Notes: generated by a model from the sequence alone, not told the origin. 45,412 bases of DNA from Dehalococcoidia bacterium (GCA_050014895.1 JBEKCL010000003.1:1-45412), one strand, 5' to 3'; shown: positions 1 to 10,121, numbered from the stretch's first letter. Numbers and translations are program-made.

Positions 1-1107
1 TCAGGCTGTTTCAGGCAGGCTGATGGGGTGTTGCTGGTCCTGGCCGCTGATAAATTGTTCCAGGCGCCTTCGTGCTTCGTCGTCGGAGTACTGAATAGGT
101 GGCGATTTCATGAAGTATGCACTGGGCGCAACTATGGCGCCGGCCAACCCGCGATCTTTGGCGAGCTTGAAGCAGCGAACAGCATCTATAACCACTCCTG
201 CCGAGTTGGGGCTGTCCCAGACTTCCAGCTTGCATTCAAGGTTAAGAGGAACATCGCCGAAAGTGCGTCCTTCCATCTTGATGTGGCAGAACTTGCGGTC
301 CAGCAACCAGGGAACGTAGTCACTTGGCCCAACGTGTATATTATCGGGACTCATTTCATAGTCGAGCTGGGATGTGACAGAATTGGTCTTCGATATCTTT
401 TTTGATTCCAGACGCTCACGCTCAAGCATATTATAGAAGTCAGTGTTTCCGCCAAAATTCAACTGGTAGGTACGTTCCAGCTTGACACCGCGATCTCGGA
501 ATAGGCGGGTAAGCACCCTGTGAACAATAGTGGCGCCGACCTGGGATTTTATGTCATCGCCGATGACGGGCAACCCGGCTTCTACAAAGCGGTTATGCCA
601 GTAAGGTTCCCTGCCGATGAAGACGGGGATGCAATTAACGAGCCCGACCCCGGCATTCAGTATTTGCTCTATGTACCACTTGGTAGCCTCTTCGCTGCCA
701 ACCGGCAGGTAATTAATGGCCACATCGGCTTTGACTTCTTTAAGTATGTTCACGATATTAGCGGTAGGTCCGGGCGCCTTCTCAATGACTTTACTTAGGT
801 ATTTTCCTAAGCCATCATGAGTCATGCCCCTGACGACCTTTACTCCTGTGGCTGGAACATCGCAAAACTTATACGTGTTGTTTGGTTTGGTAAAAATAGC
901 CTCAGACAGGTCCTTGCCTACCTTGTTCTTATCAATGTCGATAGCTGCGACAAAATTGATATCCCTGATGTGATATCCTCCCAGATTGACATGCATCAAA
1001 CCGGGCACGAATTCATCATCTTTGGCTTTTTTGTAATAGTGGACTCCCTGTACGAAGGACGATGCGCAGTTGCCCACGCCTATAATTGCTACGTTAATTT
1101 TTCCCAT
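1..1107 (-). CDS. ino1: Inositol-3-phosphate synthase (myo-inositol-1-phosphate synthase)
   Basis: GVGNCASS Rossmann start and [24 protein letters not shown] and WDSPNSAG motifs. An AAGGAG RBS favours ATG 1107 over TTG 1116. Confidence 0.93.
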   Translation of the reverse strand: MGKINVAIIGVGNCASSFVQGVHYYKKAKDDEFVPGLMHVNLGGYHIRDINFVAAIDIDKNKVGKDLSEAIFTKPNNTYKFCDVPATGVKVVRGMTHDGLGKYLSKVIEKAPGPTANIVNILKEVKADVAINYLPVGSEEATKWYIEQILNAGVGLVNCIPVFIGREPYWHNRFVEAGLPVIGDDIKSQVGATIVHRVLTRLFRDRGVKLERTYQLNFGGNTDFYNMLERERLESKKISKTNSVTSQLDYEMSPDNIHVGPSDYVPWLLDRKFCHIKMEGRTFGDVPLNLECKLEVWDSPNSAGVVIDAVRCFKLAKDRGLAGAIVAPSAYFMKSPPIQYSDDEARRRLEQFISGQDQQHPISLPETA

Positions 1108-1138
1108 TTTGGTCAACTCCTTTTAGATATACGTAAAC

Positions 1139-2125
1139 CTAATTTACTTTATAGTTGCCGTTGCCAATCATTTCGTTAATTATGCGTTTTGGCCTGACCA
1201 GCCACATGGGTATCTTGGATTCGTGCAAAATCTTATCTGCTACGCTTCCCAATACCCAGCGGGCAATGCCGCTTCTCCCGTGGGTCGACATTGCTATCAA
1301 GTCAGCTTTCTCATGCTTTGCCTGGTCGACTATCCTGGCTGCAGGGTCACCGGTCATTATTTTAACCGTGACATCTATACCCTTTTCAGTCAGCCTGTGA
1401 TTTACCTTATCGAGATATTTCTCCCCGGCATCATGCATGGCTTTAACAATATTTGTAAATTCGGGACCAAGCATGCGCGCCTCTATGAGGTGCGGTTCGG
1501 GTATCACATGCAGCAGTACCATCGATGCTCCCGTTTTGAGTGCCACGGCTTCCGCATCGTGTAATGCTGCTTCACCGGTGTCTGAGCCGTCAAGGGGAGC
1601 GAGGATACGCTTAAATGTCACGGCCTTGTCCTTATCGATTTCCTTCGCGTGTTTACTATGGATACCCAAGATAGGGATAACTGATTGCGATACAACTTTT
1701 TCGAATACACTGCCGAGCCACCATCGCCTTAAACCGCTATGACCGTGCGTTGCCATAATAACGACGTTTACATGATGCTTCCGTGTATACTCCAGGATGT
1801 TTTCCGCCGGCCCGCCGTACATAACATTAGCTTTTGCTTTAACTTCCTGTGTTCTGGCAGTGATCTCAGTATATGTAGCCCCATCTTCTGCAGAATCGCT
1901 GTATAGAAGCACTGCCCTGCAGGTTATATTATGGCCGTGCAGATGCTCAACGGCGTGATGCACATAATCGTCCAGAAGCTGGTTTACACGGCGTCGCTTG
2001 CTGCCTAACCCAACGCTCAGGATTTCAACCTCTGAGCCAAAACGGGAGGCAAGGTCACGTACGTATGGTAGAACGGTCTCCGCTTCGACTGACCCATCGA
2101 GCGGGACGAGTATTTTCTTAAACAT
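1139..2125 (-). CDS. Universal stress protein, tandem UspA domains
   Basis: Two ILxPLDGS ... MxTHGxSG ... LGSV repeats. Confidence 0.92.
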   Translation of the reverse strand: MFKKILVPLDGSVEAETVLPYVRDLASRFGSEVEILSVGLGSKRRRVNQLLDDYVHHAVEHLHGHNITCRAVLLYSDSAEDGATYTEITARTQEVKAKANVMYGGPAENILEYTRKHHVNVVIMATHGHSGLRRWWLGSVFEKVVSQSVIPILGIHSKHAKEIDKDKAVTFKRILAPLDGSDTGEAALHDAEAVALKTGASMVLLHVIPEPHLIEARMLGPEFTNIVKAMHDAGEKYLDKVNHRLTEKGIDVTVKIMTGDPAARIVDQAKHEKADLIAMSTHGRSGIARWVLGSVADKILHESKIPMWLVRPKRIINEMIGNGNYKVN

Positions 2126-2145
2126 TTCGACTGAAAATCCGCACT

Positions 2146-2200
2146 ATTATACCAGATAATAAGAGTCTTCTTGTAAATCGCCGGAATTTTATGTTAATTT
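2146..2200. promoter_or_regulatory. Divergent promoter region for the usp and PHP genes
   Basis: Minus strand: extended -10 TGgTATAAT (2146-2154). Plus strand: TTGTAA(2171)-N18-TAATTT(2195), 6 nt before GTG 2207 with no RBS, so possibly leaderless. Confidence 0.45.
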
Positions 2201-2206
2201 TATAGC

Positions 2207-2872
2207 GTGCTATATGACTTTCATTCACATACATTTCTCAGTGATGGCGTCTTGTCTCCCCTTGAATTGATAAGACGTGCAGCGGTCAGGCAATATGCTG
2301 CAATAGCGGTCACAGACCATACCGGGCCCGGTTCCCTGGCCAGGATAATTAAGGAAGTGAGCAAAGACTGTGAGCTGGCCAGGTCGCAATGGGGTATTAT
2401 AGCCATACCCGGAGTCGAATTGACACATCTTCCCGCTGCCGCCATAGACGATGTGGCCCGTAAAGCAAAGGACCTCGGCGCCTGGTTGGTTGTTGTACAT
2501 GGTGAGTCTCCTGTGGAACCGGTTGAAGAAGGGACAAACCTGGCCGCCGTCAAATCACGTTCTGTAGATATTCTGGCACACCCAGGGCATATGACATTGA
2601 AAGTGGCTGAACTTGCGGCAAAGAATAACGTGTTTATTGAGATTACAACCAGGCGGGGACACTGTATTACAAATGCTCATGTGGCGAAGATGGCCGCTGA
2701 AGCCGGGGCACTAATGTTATTAAATTCCGATACTCATGACGAGGATGATCTACTCTCAGACCAGATAACTAAAGACGTCCTGCGCCAGGCAGGAATTAAC
2801 AGCCGCAAATTCAAACAGATACTAGAATCCAATCCCCTGAAATTGCTCCAGAGGATCAGGCGGTTACCCTGA
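2207..2872 (+). CDS. PHP-domain phosphoesterase (histidinol-phosphatase-like, archaeal-type)
   Basis: DFHSHT..SDG, TDH, GVELTH, VVVHGE, ILAHPG and NSDTH motifs. Confidence 0.88.
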   Translation: MLYDFHSHTFLSDGVLSPLELIRRAAVRQYAAIAVTDHTGPGSLARIIKEVSKDCELARSQWGIIAIPGVELTHLPAAAIDDVARKAKDLGAWLVVVHGESPVEPVEEGTNLAAVKSRSVDILAHPGHMTLKVAELAAKNNVFIEITTRRGHCITNAHVAKMAAEAGALMLLNSDTHDEDDLLSDQITKDVLRQAGINSRKFKQILESNPLKLLQRIRRLP

Positions 2873-2894
2873 TTACCAGATAATTAACCGCTCT

Positions 2895-3038
2895 TTAGCT
2901 CTTGCCGATCCTGTATACCTTGGTGCCGCAAGACGGGCAGACACCTTTTACCGCAGGCCTTCCGTTCTTTAGGGTCACTTTTACGGGGTTCTTGATTTCA
3001 ACCTTTTTCCTATCCTTAAAGCAATAGGCTTGAGTCAT
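2895..3038 (-). CDS. 47-aa basic DUF5679-like small protein (absent from the ORF track)
   Basis: MTQAYCFKDRKKVEIKNPVKVTLKNGRPAVKGVCPSCGTKVYRIGKS; AGGAGGTG RBS and its own promoter. Confidence 0.88.
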   Translation of the reverse strand: MTQAYCFKDRKKVEIKNPVKVTLKNGRPAVKGVCPSCGTKVYRIGKS

Positions 3039-3077
3039 AGAACACCTCCTGAACCTAATTTATAGCTCCTTAAAGCT

Positions 3078-3106
3078 AATATAGCTAATAGGGATAGGTA
3101 TGTCAA
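3078..3106 (-). promoter_or_regulatory. Sigma70 promoter of the DUF5679-like gene
   Basis: TTGACA-N17-TATATT on the minus strand. Confidence 0.7.
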
Positions 3107-3143
3107 GCTTTTTAAAGATAAATTTGGGAAATCTTGCCCGATT

Positions 3144-4037
3144 CTAAAGGCTGAAGACTTTTTCGGGGTGCCAAAGGCGAGTTTCAGGCACGAATTTCAT
3201 TATTGCCAGTAACTTTTTTTCAGGGCTATAAACACGAAGGCGATGATTTTTAATGGCGTCCATATCATCGAATTGCATGTCGTGCCCTTGAACGATCTCT
3301 CGGGATGCTTCATCTGTCGCAACCTGGCTGTCCCATTGCTGCAAAGGGTAATCCACAGGATAAAGGAGCCGGTCGAGGTTGCCTGCAGCAAGGGCTGTCC
3401 TAATATCATCAACCGATATAGAGCCGTCAAGAGTAAACGGACCGTATGCAGTCCGGACCAGGTCTTTTAAATATGCTCCGCATCCGAGCATTTCACCAAG
3501 GTCATTGGCCAGTGAACGTATATAAGTCCCCTTTGAGCAGCGTATTTTGATTTTTAAACAGGGGTTCTCAAATCCCAGTATTTCGATCAAGTCGATTTTT
3601 ACCTTGCGCGGCTGATGAGATACCGGGATCCCTTCTCTTGCCAGTTCATAAGACTGTCTGCCTTTAACCTTAATTGCGCTGTAAGCGGGAGGGACCTGTT
3701 CAATAGTGCCTTGGAAAGATATAAGTGACTTTTCTATTAATTGAAATGTTACCAGTGCCGTATCTTTTCTACAGGTGACTTTGCCTTCCCTGTCAAAGGT
3801 ATCTGTAGTTGTCCCGAACTCAATTAATGCAATGTATTCCTTGGTACAGTCGTGGAGATATTCAGTAATCCTGGTCGCCTGGCCAAGACAGATCGGCAGC
3901 ACCCCGGTTGCCGCCGGATCAAGAGTCCCGGCATGCCCCACACGTTTTTCTCCCACGAGCCGGCGGACCAATGCTACTATGCTGAAGGAGGTACACCCGG
4001 ACGGTTTATTTACGTTTAGTATTCCGTTTGCGCCCAT
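3144..4037 (-). CDS. truB: tRNA pseudouridine(55) synthase
   Basis: GHAGTLDPAATGVL, QVPPAYSAIK and CSKGTYIRSL motifs; follows rbfA. Confidence 0.97.
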   Translation of the reverse strand: MGANGILNVNKPSGCTSFSIVALVRRLVGEKRVGHAGTLDPAATGVLPICLGQATRITEYLHDCTKEYIALIEFGTTTDTFDREGKVTCRKDTALVTFQLIEKSLISFQGTIEQVPPAYSAIKVKGRQSYELAREGIPVSHQPRKVKIDLIEILGFENPCLKIKIRCSKGTYIRSLANDLGEMLGCGAYLKDLVRTAYGPFTLDGSISVDDIRTALAAGNLDRLLYPVDYPLQQWDSQVATDEASREIVQGHDMQFDDMDAIKNHRLRVYSPEKKLLAIMKFVPETRLWHPEKVFSL

Positions 4038-4398
4038 CGGCCCCTTCCGCTTTGTCCTCTACTGCGATCTTTTCTATGAGGTTGACAAGGTTTACGCCGC
4101 GCTCGATAGAATCATCGAACTCAAAACTCAATTCGGGAGTGACACGGATATTTAAGCGGTGGGCGAGTTCCCGCCTTAGAAAACCGGCCGCTGACGTAAA
4201 ACCCTTAAGTATTTCTTTCTTGTCAGCGTTATCGCATAGTGCACTGATTAGTACCGTAGCATTTTTCAGGTCCTTGGATATGGAGACCCCGGTAACACTA
4301 ATCAGCCCGTTTAAACGGGGGTCGTTGATGTGTTTACGTAAAAGGTCACTGATCTCAATTTGAATAACTTGATTGAGACGTTCTGTACGCCTGGTCAT
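4006..4398 (-). CDS. rbfA: 30S ribosome-binding factor A
   Basis: RRTERLN, DPRL, GFLRREL and PELSFEFDDS motifs; follows infB. Confidence 0.96.
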   Translation of the reverse strand: MTRRTERLNQVIQIEISDLLRKHINDPRLNGLISVTGVSISKDLKNATVLISALCDNADKKEILKGFTSAAGFLRRELAHRLNIRVTPELSFEFDDSIERGVNLVNLIEKIAVEDKAEGADGRKRNTKRK

Positions 4399-4457
4399 GG
4401 CTTTCTCCGAAGATATATATTTGAAGTCCAGATTCAGGTCGGAAAAGCTAAACGGTG

Positions 4458-6242
4458 CTAGTCAATTCTCTCCTGGCGGACAAATTGCAGGATATCACCA
4501 ACCTGGAAATCGTTAAAGCTATCAAGCTTGACGCCGCATTCCATTCCGGTCGTCACCTCCTTCACATCATCCTTGAACCGGCGTAAACCAGCAACACGTG
4601 ATTCGGCGACAACTTTGCCGCCCCTGATGATCTTTACCTGTGAGTCACGGGTGGCCTTCCCCTCTTTGATTGCAGAGCCGGCAATTCTGCCCTTCTTGCC
4701 CGCATCAAAAACGGTCCTGACTTCAGCCTGTCCCACGATTACATCGGCATACTCAGGCTCGAGCATACCCTTGAGTGCCTTCTCGACGTCTTCGATAAGC
4801 TTATATATGACGTTGTACTGACGGATACTAATTTTCTCTTGCTCGGCCAGGCGGCTGGCGCCCGGTTCCGGCTTGCTGTTGAACCCTATTACCACCGCTT
4901 TAGAGGCCATTGCCAGGAGGATATCGTTCTCAGTTATGCTGCCGGTGCCATTATGGATGACCTTGACCCTGGTTTTTTCGTCGCTCAAATGCTCCAGAGA
5001 ATCCCTGATTGGTTCGATACTGCCGTGTACGTCGGTTTTAAGTATAATATTGAGGTCTTTGATTTCACCGGCGCTTGCCTGGGCCGCAATAGAAGTCAGG
5101 CTAACGCTTCTAGCCGAAGAACTGGAAGGCCCGGATTCACGATTTCTTTCGATAATGGCCCGGACTTCCTTCTCGTCACTCACTGCCTGGAATGTTTCGC
5201 CTGCATTAGGAACGGCATTCATACCAAGTATTTCTACCGGAGTTGCCGGTTCGGCTTTCCTGATGGCTTTGCCGGAGTCACTGAACATTGCTTTGATCTT
5301 GCCGGTAACTGTACCGATAACGACGGTTTCACTGGGTTTTAGAATCCCTTTTTGGACAAGGAGAGTAGCAATAGGGCCCCGGTTCTTGTCCAATTTGGCT
5401 TCAATTACAACGCCCGAGGCCGGACAATCCCGTTCGGCTTTCAACTCAAGCATGTCGGCTACCAGTAAAAGGTTTTCAAGCAGATCATCTATGCCCTGTT
5501 TTTTCTTGGCGGATACCGGTACACAAATTACGTCTCCACCCCATTCTTCAATCACAAGGCCCAGGTCAGCCAGTTGCTGCTTGACTTTGTCAGGGTTGGC
5601 GTCAGCTTTATCTATTTTATTTAAGGCTATGACAATGGTCACGCCGGCTGCACGGGCATGGTCAATTGCCTCGACGGTTTGGGGTTGTACGCCGTCATCC
5701 GCCGCCACTACCAGTACAGCGATGTCAGTGGCTCGTGCGCCCCTTGCCCGCATAGCGGTGAAAGCTTCGTGGCCAGGTGTATCAAGGAAGGTGATTTTCC
5801 GGCCTTTCATCTCAATCTGATAAGCACCGATATGTTGAGTGATTGCCCCGGCTTCGCCTCCGGCCACGTTGGTCTGCCTGATGGCATCCAAAAGGCTGGT
5901 TTTTCCGTGATCGACGTGCCCCATAATTGTGATTACGGGTGGTCTGGAGTGTAATTTCGCTCCCTTAGTAGCAACAGCCTGTTTCGCCTGTGTGGCGACA
6001 TTTAATTTTTTAGCACTGAAGCCGAAATCTGCAACCAGTTTTGCCGCATCGTCATAATCCAGAGACTGGTTGATATTCGCCATGACGCCATTGCGCATGA
6101 GTTGTTTGATAATTTCAATTCCGCTGACGCCTATCTGGTCAGCAAGCTGCTTGACGGTTATAACCGGGGGCAGGCCTATTTGCGGCGAGGTCTGTTTGGA
6201 CCCGCCATCGCTAGGGCTTGCCTGTTCTTGCCTGTTTTTCAT
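4458..6242 (-). CDS. infB: Translation initiation factor IF-2 (short N-terminus)
   Basis: GHVDHGKT, GAITQHIGAY, DTPGHEAF, NKID and GMECG motifs. Confidence 0.99.
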   Translation of the reverse strand: MKNRQEQASPSDGGSKQTSPQIGLPPVITVKQLADQIGVSGIEIIKQLMRNGVMANINQSLDYDDAAKLVADFGFSAKKLNVATQAKQAVATKGAKLHSRPPVITIMGHVDHGKTSLLDAIRQTNVAGGEAGAITQHIGAYQIEMKGRKITFLDTPGHEAFTAMRARGARATDIAVLVVAADDGVQPQTVEAIDHARAAGVTIVIALNKIDKADANPDKVKQQLADLGLVIEEWGGDVICVPVSAKKKQGIDDLLENLLLVADMLELKAERDCPASGVVIEAKLDKNRGPIATLLVQKGILKPSETVVIGTVTGKIKAMFSDSGKAIRKAEPATPVEILGMNAVPNAGETFQAVSDEKEVRAIIERNRESGPSSSSARSVSLTSIAAQASAGEIKDLNIILKTDVHGSIEPIRDSLEHLSDEKTRVKVIHNGTGSITENDILLAMASKAVVIGFNSKPEPGASRLAEQEKISIRQYNVIYKLIEDVEKALKGMLEPEYADVIVGQAEVRTVFDAGKKGRIAGSAIKEGKATRDSQVKIIRGGKVVAESRVAGLRRFKDDVKEVTTGMECGVKLDSFNDFQVGDILQFVRQERID

Positions 6243-6257
6243 TAACTATTCTTCCTT

Positions 6258-6560
6258 CTACGGCAAACATCTGCCGTACTCAAGCAGCAACTGCCGGTTT
6301 TCCGCGGACAGTTTTGTGCGTAGTCCGTATTCTAAGCGGTTGTTTTTCAAAGCTGTTTCCCAGCATTCCTTGCGCGGGCAGATGTAAACACCTCTACCCG
6401 GTTCTTTGCCCTTTGAATCCACTTCTACTGCGTGCCCCGAATGAACCAAGCGGACCAGTTCCCTCTTGCCCCTGGTCTCACGGCAGGCTATGCAAGTACG
6501 TTCGGGGACGTACTTCTGTTTTGTTGCCTGTATGGTATCTTCAGCTTTCGAGTTCTTCAT
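6258..6560 (-). CDS. ylxR: YlxR/DUF448 family RNA-binding protein
   Basis: PERTCIACR ... GRGVYIC...C; located between nusA and infB. Confidence 0.93.
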   Translation of the reverse strand: MKNSKAEDTIQATKQKYVPERTCIACRETRGKRELVRLVHSGHAVEVDSKGKEPGRGVYICPRKECWETALKNNRLEYGLRTKLSAENRQLLLEYGRCLP

Positions 6561-7986
6561 CTTCGTAGTACGTGGTCTTTTTATGCTTAGCTTTCTTTGC
6601 TTTGGCGCCGGTTTCTTTGGCGCCGGTTTCTTTGGCTTCGTCCTTCTTAACGGCCTCTTTTTTCTTTGCTTTCCCTTGCCTGCCAGCCATTATATCCTCG
6701 GCGAAACGGATCTTGGATGGTTTAGAAGGCGTTGACGTGTCGGTCGCCATCAGAATCTCAATGCCTGTAGCACCTGCCGGTTCCTCTGCGCCTACAGAAG
6801 CGGCTACCGGTTGCAGTTCCTCGGCCTCTTCAGCAGGTACAATCTCCTCAACCATTTCCGCAGATATGGGCGTCTCTTCAACTTCCGCCGGGGCAGTTTC
6901 TGCTTCAGCAGCCATGACTGTTTCAACTTTGTGTGTTTCTTTCCCCGCGTCTAGTTCTGTCGCACTCTTAATATCAATGCGCCAACCTGTAAGCTTGGCG
7001 GCAAGACGGACATTTTGCCCTTCCTTACCTATAGCAAGGGAAAGATGCTTATCAGGAACTTTAACGAGGGCAGTTGTCTCATTCTCATTCAAAGAAACGC
7101 CGAGAACCTGCGCTGGACTTAATGCATTCGCTATAAATAGCCTTGGATCGTCCGACCATTGCACGACATCGATTTTTTCTCCATTCAACTCGTTCACAAT
7201 GTTTTGGATCCTGATGCCTCGTAAACCTACGCAGCATCCTACGGGATCAATCCCACTTTGTCGAGTAGTAACAGCTACTTTGCTGCGGTAGCCTGCTTCC
7301 CTGGCGACGGCCTTGATTTCAACCGTCCCGCCGGCAATCTCAGGAATTTCCAGTATAAGCATGTCACGGAGCAGGTTTCTATGCGCCCTGGACGCAATAA
7401 TCTGTGGACCTTTGGTGGTACGGGCTACTTCAACAATGTAAAGCTTCAGTCTCTGTCCCTGCCGATAACGTTCGGTAGGGACCTTTTCATTTTGCGGTAT
7501 GATAGCTTCGGTCTTGCCGATATCAACCACCACGTGTTCAGGAGTAACGCGCTGAACTGTGCCGGTAATAATTTCGCCTTCTTTGCCAACGAATTCTTCG
7601 TAGATGGCGCCCCGTTCAGCATCGTGCAGCTTCTGCAAAATGACTTGCTTGGCTATTTGCGCAGGTATACGCCCCGCGTTAGGAGGGAGCGTATCGGTAA
7701 CTACGGTATCTCCAACCGTCAGGGTCTTGTCCTTTTTCTTAGCTTCCTTAAGGGAGATTTCACGATACTCGTCTTCTACCTTTTCGATAACCACTTTTTT
7801 CAGAGTGAGTTTGACCTCACCCGTGAGCGGATGTATCTTGACGGATATATCCTCACCATGCGTGAATGACTCCTTCCTGTACGCTGAAACCATTGCTGAT
7901 TCCAGTGCAGTAAGGACAATCTCCTTGGGCAGATTTTTTTCTGCCGCAAGCTGCATGAGGGCGTTCATGAACTCAGTCTTGGCCAT
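6541..7986 (-). CDS. nusA: Transcription termination/antitermination factor NusA
   Basis: GRIPAQIAKQVI, AREAGYRSKVAV and LAIGKEGQNVRLAAKLTGWRIDI motifs; acidic then basic low-complexity tail. Confidence 0.98.
   Translation of the reverse strand: MAKTEFMNALMQLAAEKNLPKEIVLTALESAMVSAYRKESFTHGEDISVKIHPLTGEVKLTLKKVVIEKVEDEYREISLKEAKKKDKTLTVGDTVVTDTLPPNAGRIPAQIAKQVILQKLHDAERGAIYEEFVGKEGEIITGTVQRVTPEHVVVDIGKTEAIIPQNEKVPTERYRQGQRLKLYIVEVARTTKGPQIIASRAHRNLLRDMLILEIPEIAGGTVEIKAVAREAGYRSKVAVTTRQSGIDPVGCCVGLRGIRIQNIVNELNGEKIDVVQWSDDPRLFIANALSPAQVLGVSLNENETTALVKVPDKHLSLAIGKEGQNVRLAAKLTGWRIDIKSATELDAGKETHKVETVMAAEAETAPAEVEETPISAEMVEEIVPAEEAEELQPVAASVGAEEPAGATGIEILMATDTSTPSKPSKIRFAEDIMAGRQGKAKKKEAVKKDEAKETGAKETGAKAKKAKHKKTTYYEDEELES
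6600..6636. repeat. 15-bp tandem repeat in the nusA tail (AKETG x2)
   Basis: ctttggcgccggttt twice, followed by ctttggc. Confidence 0.85.
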
Positions 7987-8020
7987 CTAAGCAGTCTCCC
8001 TCGCTATCCGTTTTTTCTCA

Positions 8021-8050
8021 ATAAAAAAGTGGGTACAAGGACCCACTTTT
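8021..8050 (-). terminator. Leader terminator/attenuator of the nusA-infB operon (rimP-leader-like)
   Basis: AAAAGTGGGT-ccttgt-ACCCACTTTT followed by TTAT on the minus strand, between the promoter and nusA. Confidence 0.75.
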
Positions 8051-8074
8051 CAGACAAGTATTGAATTCTGAATT

Positions 8075-8103
8075 ATATTACCACATATTACTCGACAATG
8101 CAA
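8075..8103 (-). promoter_or_regulatory. nusA operon promoter
   Basis: TTGCAT-N17-TAATAT with an extended TG. Confidence 0.6.
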
Positions 8104-8133
8104 ATAGGAGCATACGATTTACGGATTCCAGAC

Positions 8134-9363
8134 TCATGCTGTTCTTCTATGTGACTTGCCGTCCGCCACCGGAGGAACCGGGGACATACCCAGTTTTTCT
8201 AAAGAACGTTGCAGCGACCGGTATTTCAGGGCATCAAATATTACCTTCCCATGCCAATCAAAAGTGATATCGGGTGAGGTAAGGATAGATTCATGTATAC
8301 CATGACGTTCGATCACATCGAATATATGTTCCACCTGCTTATCATTTAATCCGCGATAAAAGTGGTGCGCCCAGTAATCTATAGAAAGTTCCTGTTTTAG
8401 CAGTTTATGCCATCTTCTCTGATATGAAGAAAGGCCCCTGGCTGACAAATTTCCTGCGTTAAAAGCTTCATGTATGGTTGTTACGGCCATCCCTGCACAC
8501 AATGTCCCAAAATATATTCCGCCGCCTGTTGTAGGTTTAACCTGCCCTGCCGCATCACCAACAACAAGGAGGCGTTCCCCGTATGTTTTTCCCAGGGGCT
8601 TTAATGGTACTGTGCCGTATTTGATATCATGCTTTTCCCTGGTGATCCGGCCCTGCTGCTCCAGCCTGCTGAGTAGAGCTGTTATATATGGCCGGGGGTT
8701 TCCCCGGCAGAGCAGGCCGGCTTTAGCATAGGATTTGCCTGCGGGTACCAGCCAGGAAAAGAAACCCGGGGATACAGCGGCACCCGAGTATATTTCCACT
8801 TCAGCCAGGTCTTTGCAGGCCACTTCGGCCTGGGCACCCTGTGCGAACTCGTGTATTTGCCCGAGCCCTGCGTCTCTGGTAAGCGTTGTGCCCGCTCCAC
8901 CAGCAATGAGGACAATACGTGCATTAAAGACAACTGGTTTGTTGAAACAGGTAGCATGTACCTCTGCAGACAGACTATTTACCGTTATTGAAGTTACCAG
9001 TGTAGAAAAGTGCAAGCAAACTCCGTTTTCTAACGCCTGCAGGGCCATAGAGCGGTCAAGGGACGGCCTGTTCAGTACATATGCCTGCGGGCTATTGCGT
9101 TCAATATGAATATATTGACCTGAAGGCGAGAATATCTTCGCCGAATGCGCCTCAAACTGTACCGCACCTCTGCCAATGGTTAATAGATCCAGGCATTCCC
9201 CGCTAATGATTCCAGTGCAACTGCTTTTGGACCCGGCCTCAGCGTTCTTTTCCAGCACACATACATCATATCCAAGCTGTGCCAGTGCACCCGCCGCGTA
9301 GCAACCTACAACGCCAGCGCCAATGATAATGACGTCAAATTTATTTTTATTGGAATTTAGCAT
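8134..9363 (-). CDS. Geranylgeranyl reductase family FAD oxidoreductase
   Basis: GAGVVG Rossmann motif, CTGIIS, FSWLVP and GDAAGQVKPTTGGGI. Confidence 0.88.
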   Translation of the reverse strand: MLNSNKNKFDVIIIGAGVVGCYAAGALAQLGYDVCVLEKNAEAGSKSSCTGIISGECLDLLTIGRGAVQFEAHSAKIFSPSGQYIHIERNSPQAYVLNRPSLDRSMALQALENGVCLHFSTLVTSITVNSLSAEVHATCFNKPVVFNARIVLIAGGAGTTLTRDAGLGQIHEFAQGAQAEVACKDLAEVEIYSGAAVSPGFFSWLVPAGKSYAKAGLLCRGNPRPYITALLSRLEQQGRITREKHDIKYGTVPLKPLGKTYGERLLVVGDAAGQVKPTTGGGIYFGTLCAGMAVTTIHEAFNAGNLSARGLSSYQRRWHKLLKQELSIDYWAHHFYRGLNDKQVEHIFDVIERHGIHESILTSPDITFDWHGKVIFDALKYRSLQRSLEKLGMSPVPPVADGKSHRRTA

Positions 9364-9407
9364 GTAAGCAACCGGTTACAACATTATTGTTTGGTAAATA
9401 GACCGGG

Positions 9408-10121
9408 CTAGCGGGACCGGAGACCGCCGAACCTTCTTTGCCTTTTGCTATAGGCTAGTAACGCTTTTTCAAATTCTTCCTTGCCGAAATCCGGCCAAAG
9501 GACAGGTGTAAAGTATAATTCAGCATAGGCAGCCTGCCATATGAGGAAGTTGCTTAAACGCATCTCATCGCTTGTGCGTATTATGAGATCGGGATCGGGT
9601 ATACCTGCGGTATAAAGATGTTGAGAGAAGATGTTCTCGTCAATTTTTCCAGACGGTATTTTTTCTTTGGCTATTTGATTGACCGCATCGATTATCTCTG
9701 TCCTGCCGCCGTAATTGAAGGCAATGTTGACCGTCAGGCCTGTATTGTTCTTTGTTGCATTGATAGCCTCAGCGGCCTTTCGTTTTAGCCCGGGGGATAA
9801 TCTGTCCAATTGGCCGAGGTGCCTGATACGGATATTCCGGGCCTGCGCTATCTTAACAGCTTCGTCGAAGTTGTCTTTCAGCAGGCGCATTATACCATCA
9901 ACCTCAGCTTTAGGACGGCTCCAATTTTCTGTTGAAAAAACGTACAGCGTTAAAAAAGGAATATTATAGTTCGCAAAGATTTCTACAAAGTCACGCGCAT
10001 GTATGGCACCCTGCTTGTGCCCATAAAGCCGGGGTTGGTGTTTCTTCCTGGCCCATCTGCCGTTACCGTCCATAACAATGGCAACGTGTTTTGGCAATTT
10101 GATCTTATCAATATCAGGCAT
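9408..10121 (-). CDS. uppS: cis-prenyltransferase (polyprenyl diphosphate synthase)
   Basis: HVAIVMDGNGRW, FSTENW, NYGGR, RLSNFLIWQ and RRFGG motifs. Confidence 0.96.
   Translation of the reverse strand: MPDIDKIKLPKHVAIVMDGNGRWARKKHQPRLYGHKQGAIHARDFVEIFANYNIPFLTLYVFSTENWSRPKAEVDGIMRLLKDNFDEAVKIAQARNIRIRHLGQLDRLSPGLKRKAAEAINATKNNTGLTVNIAFNYGGRTEIIDAVNQIAKEKIPSGKIDENIFSQHLYTAGIPDPDLIIRTSDEMRLSNFLIWQAAYAELYFTPVLWPDFGKEEFEKALLAYSKRQRRFGGLRSR

Noticed and set aside
4873-5820. 315-aa + strand ORF
   Set aside because: Antisense shadow of infB with no recognisable motifs
6600-6636. nusA tandem repeat as a phase-variation or contingency locus
   Set aside because: In-frame 15-bp duplication in a disordered tail; unlikely to switch expression
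6572-7990. Several + strand ORFs of 128-239 aa
   Set aside because: Antisense to nusA
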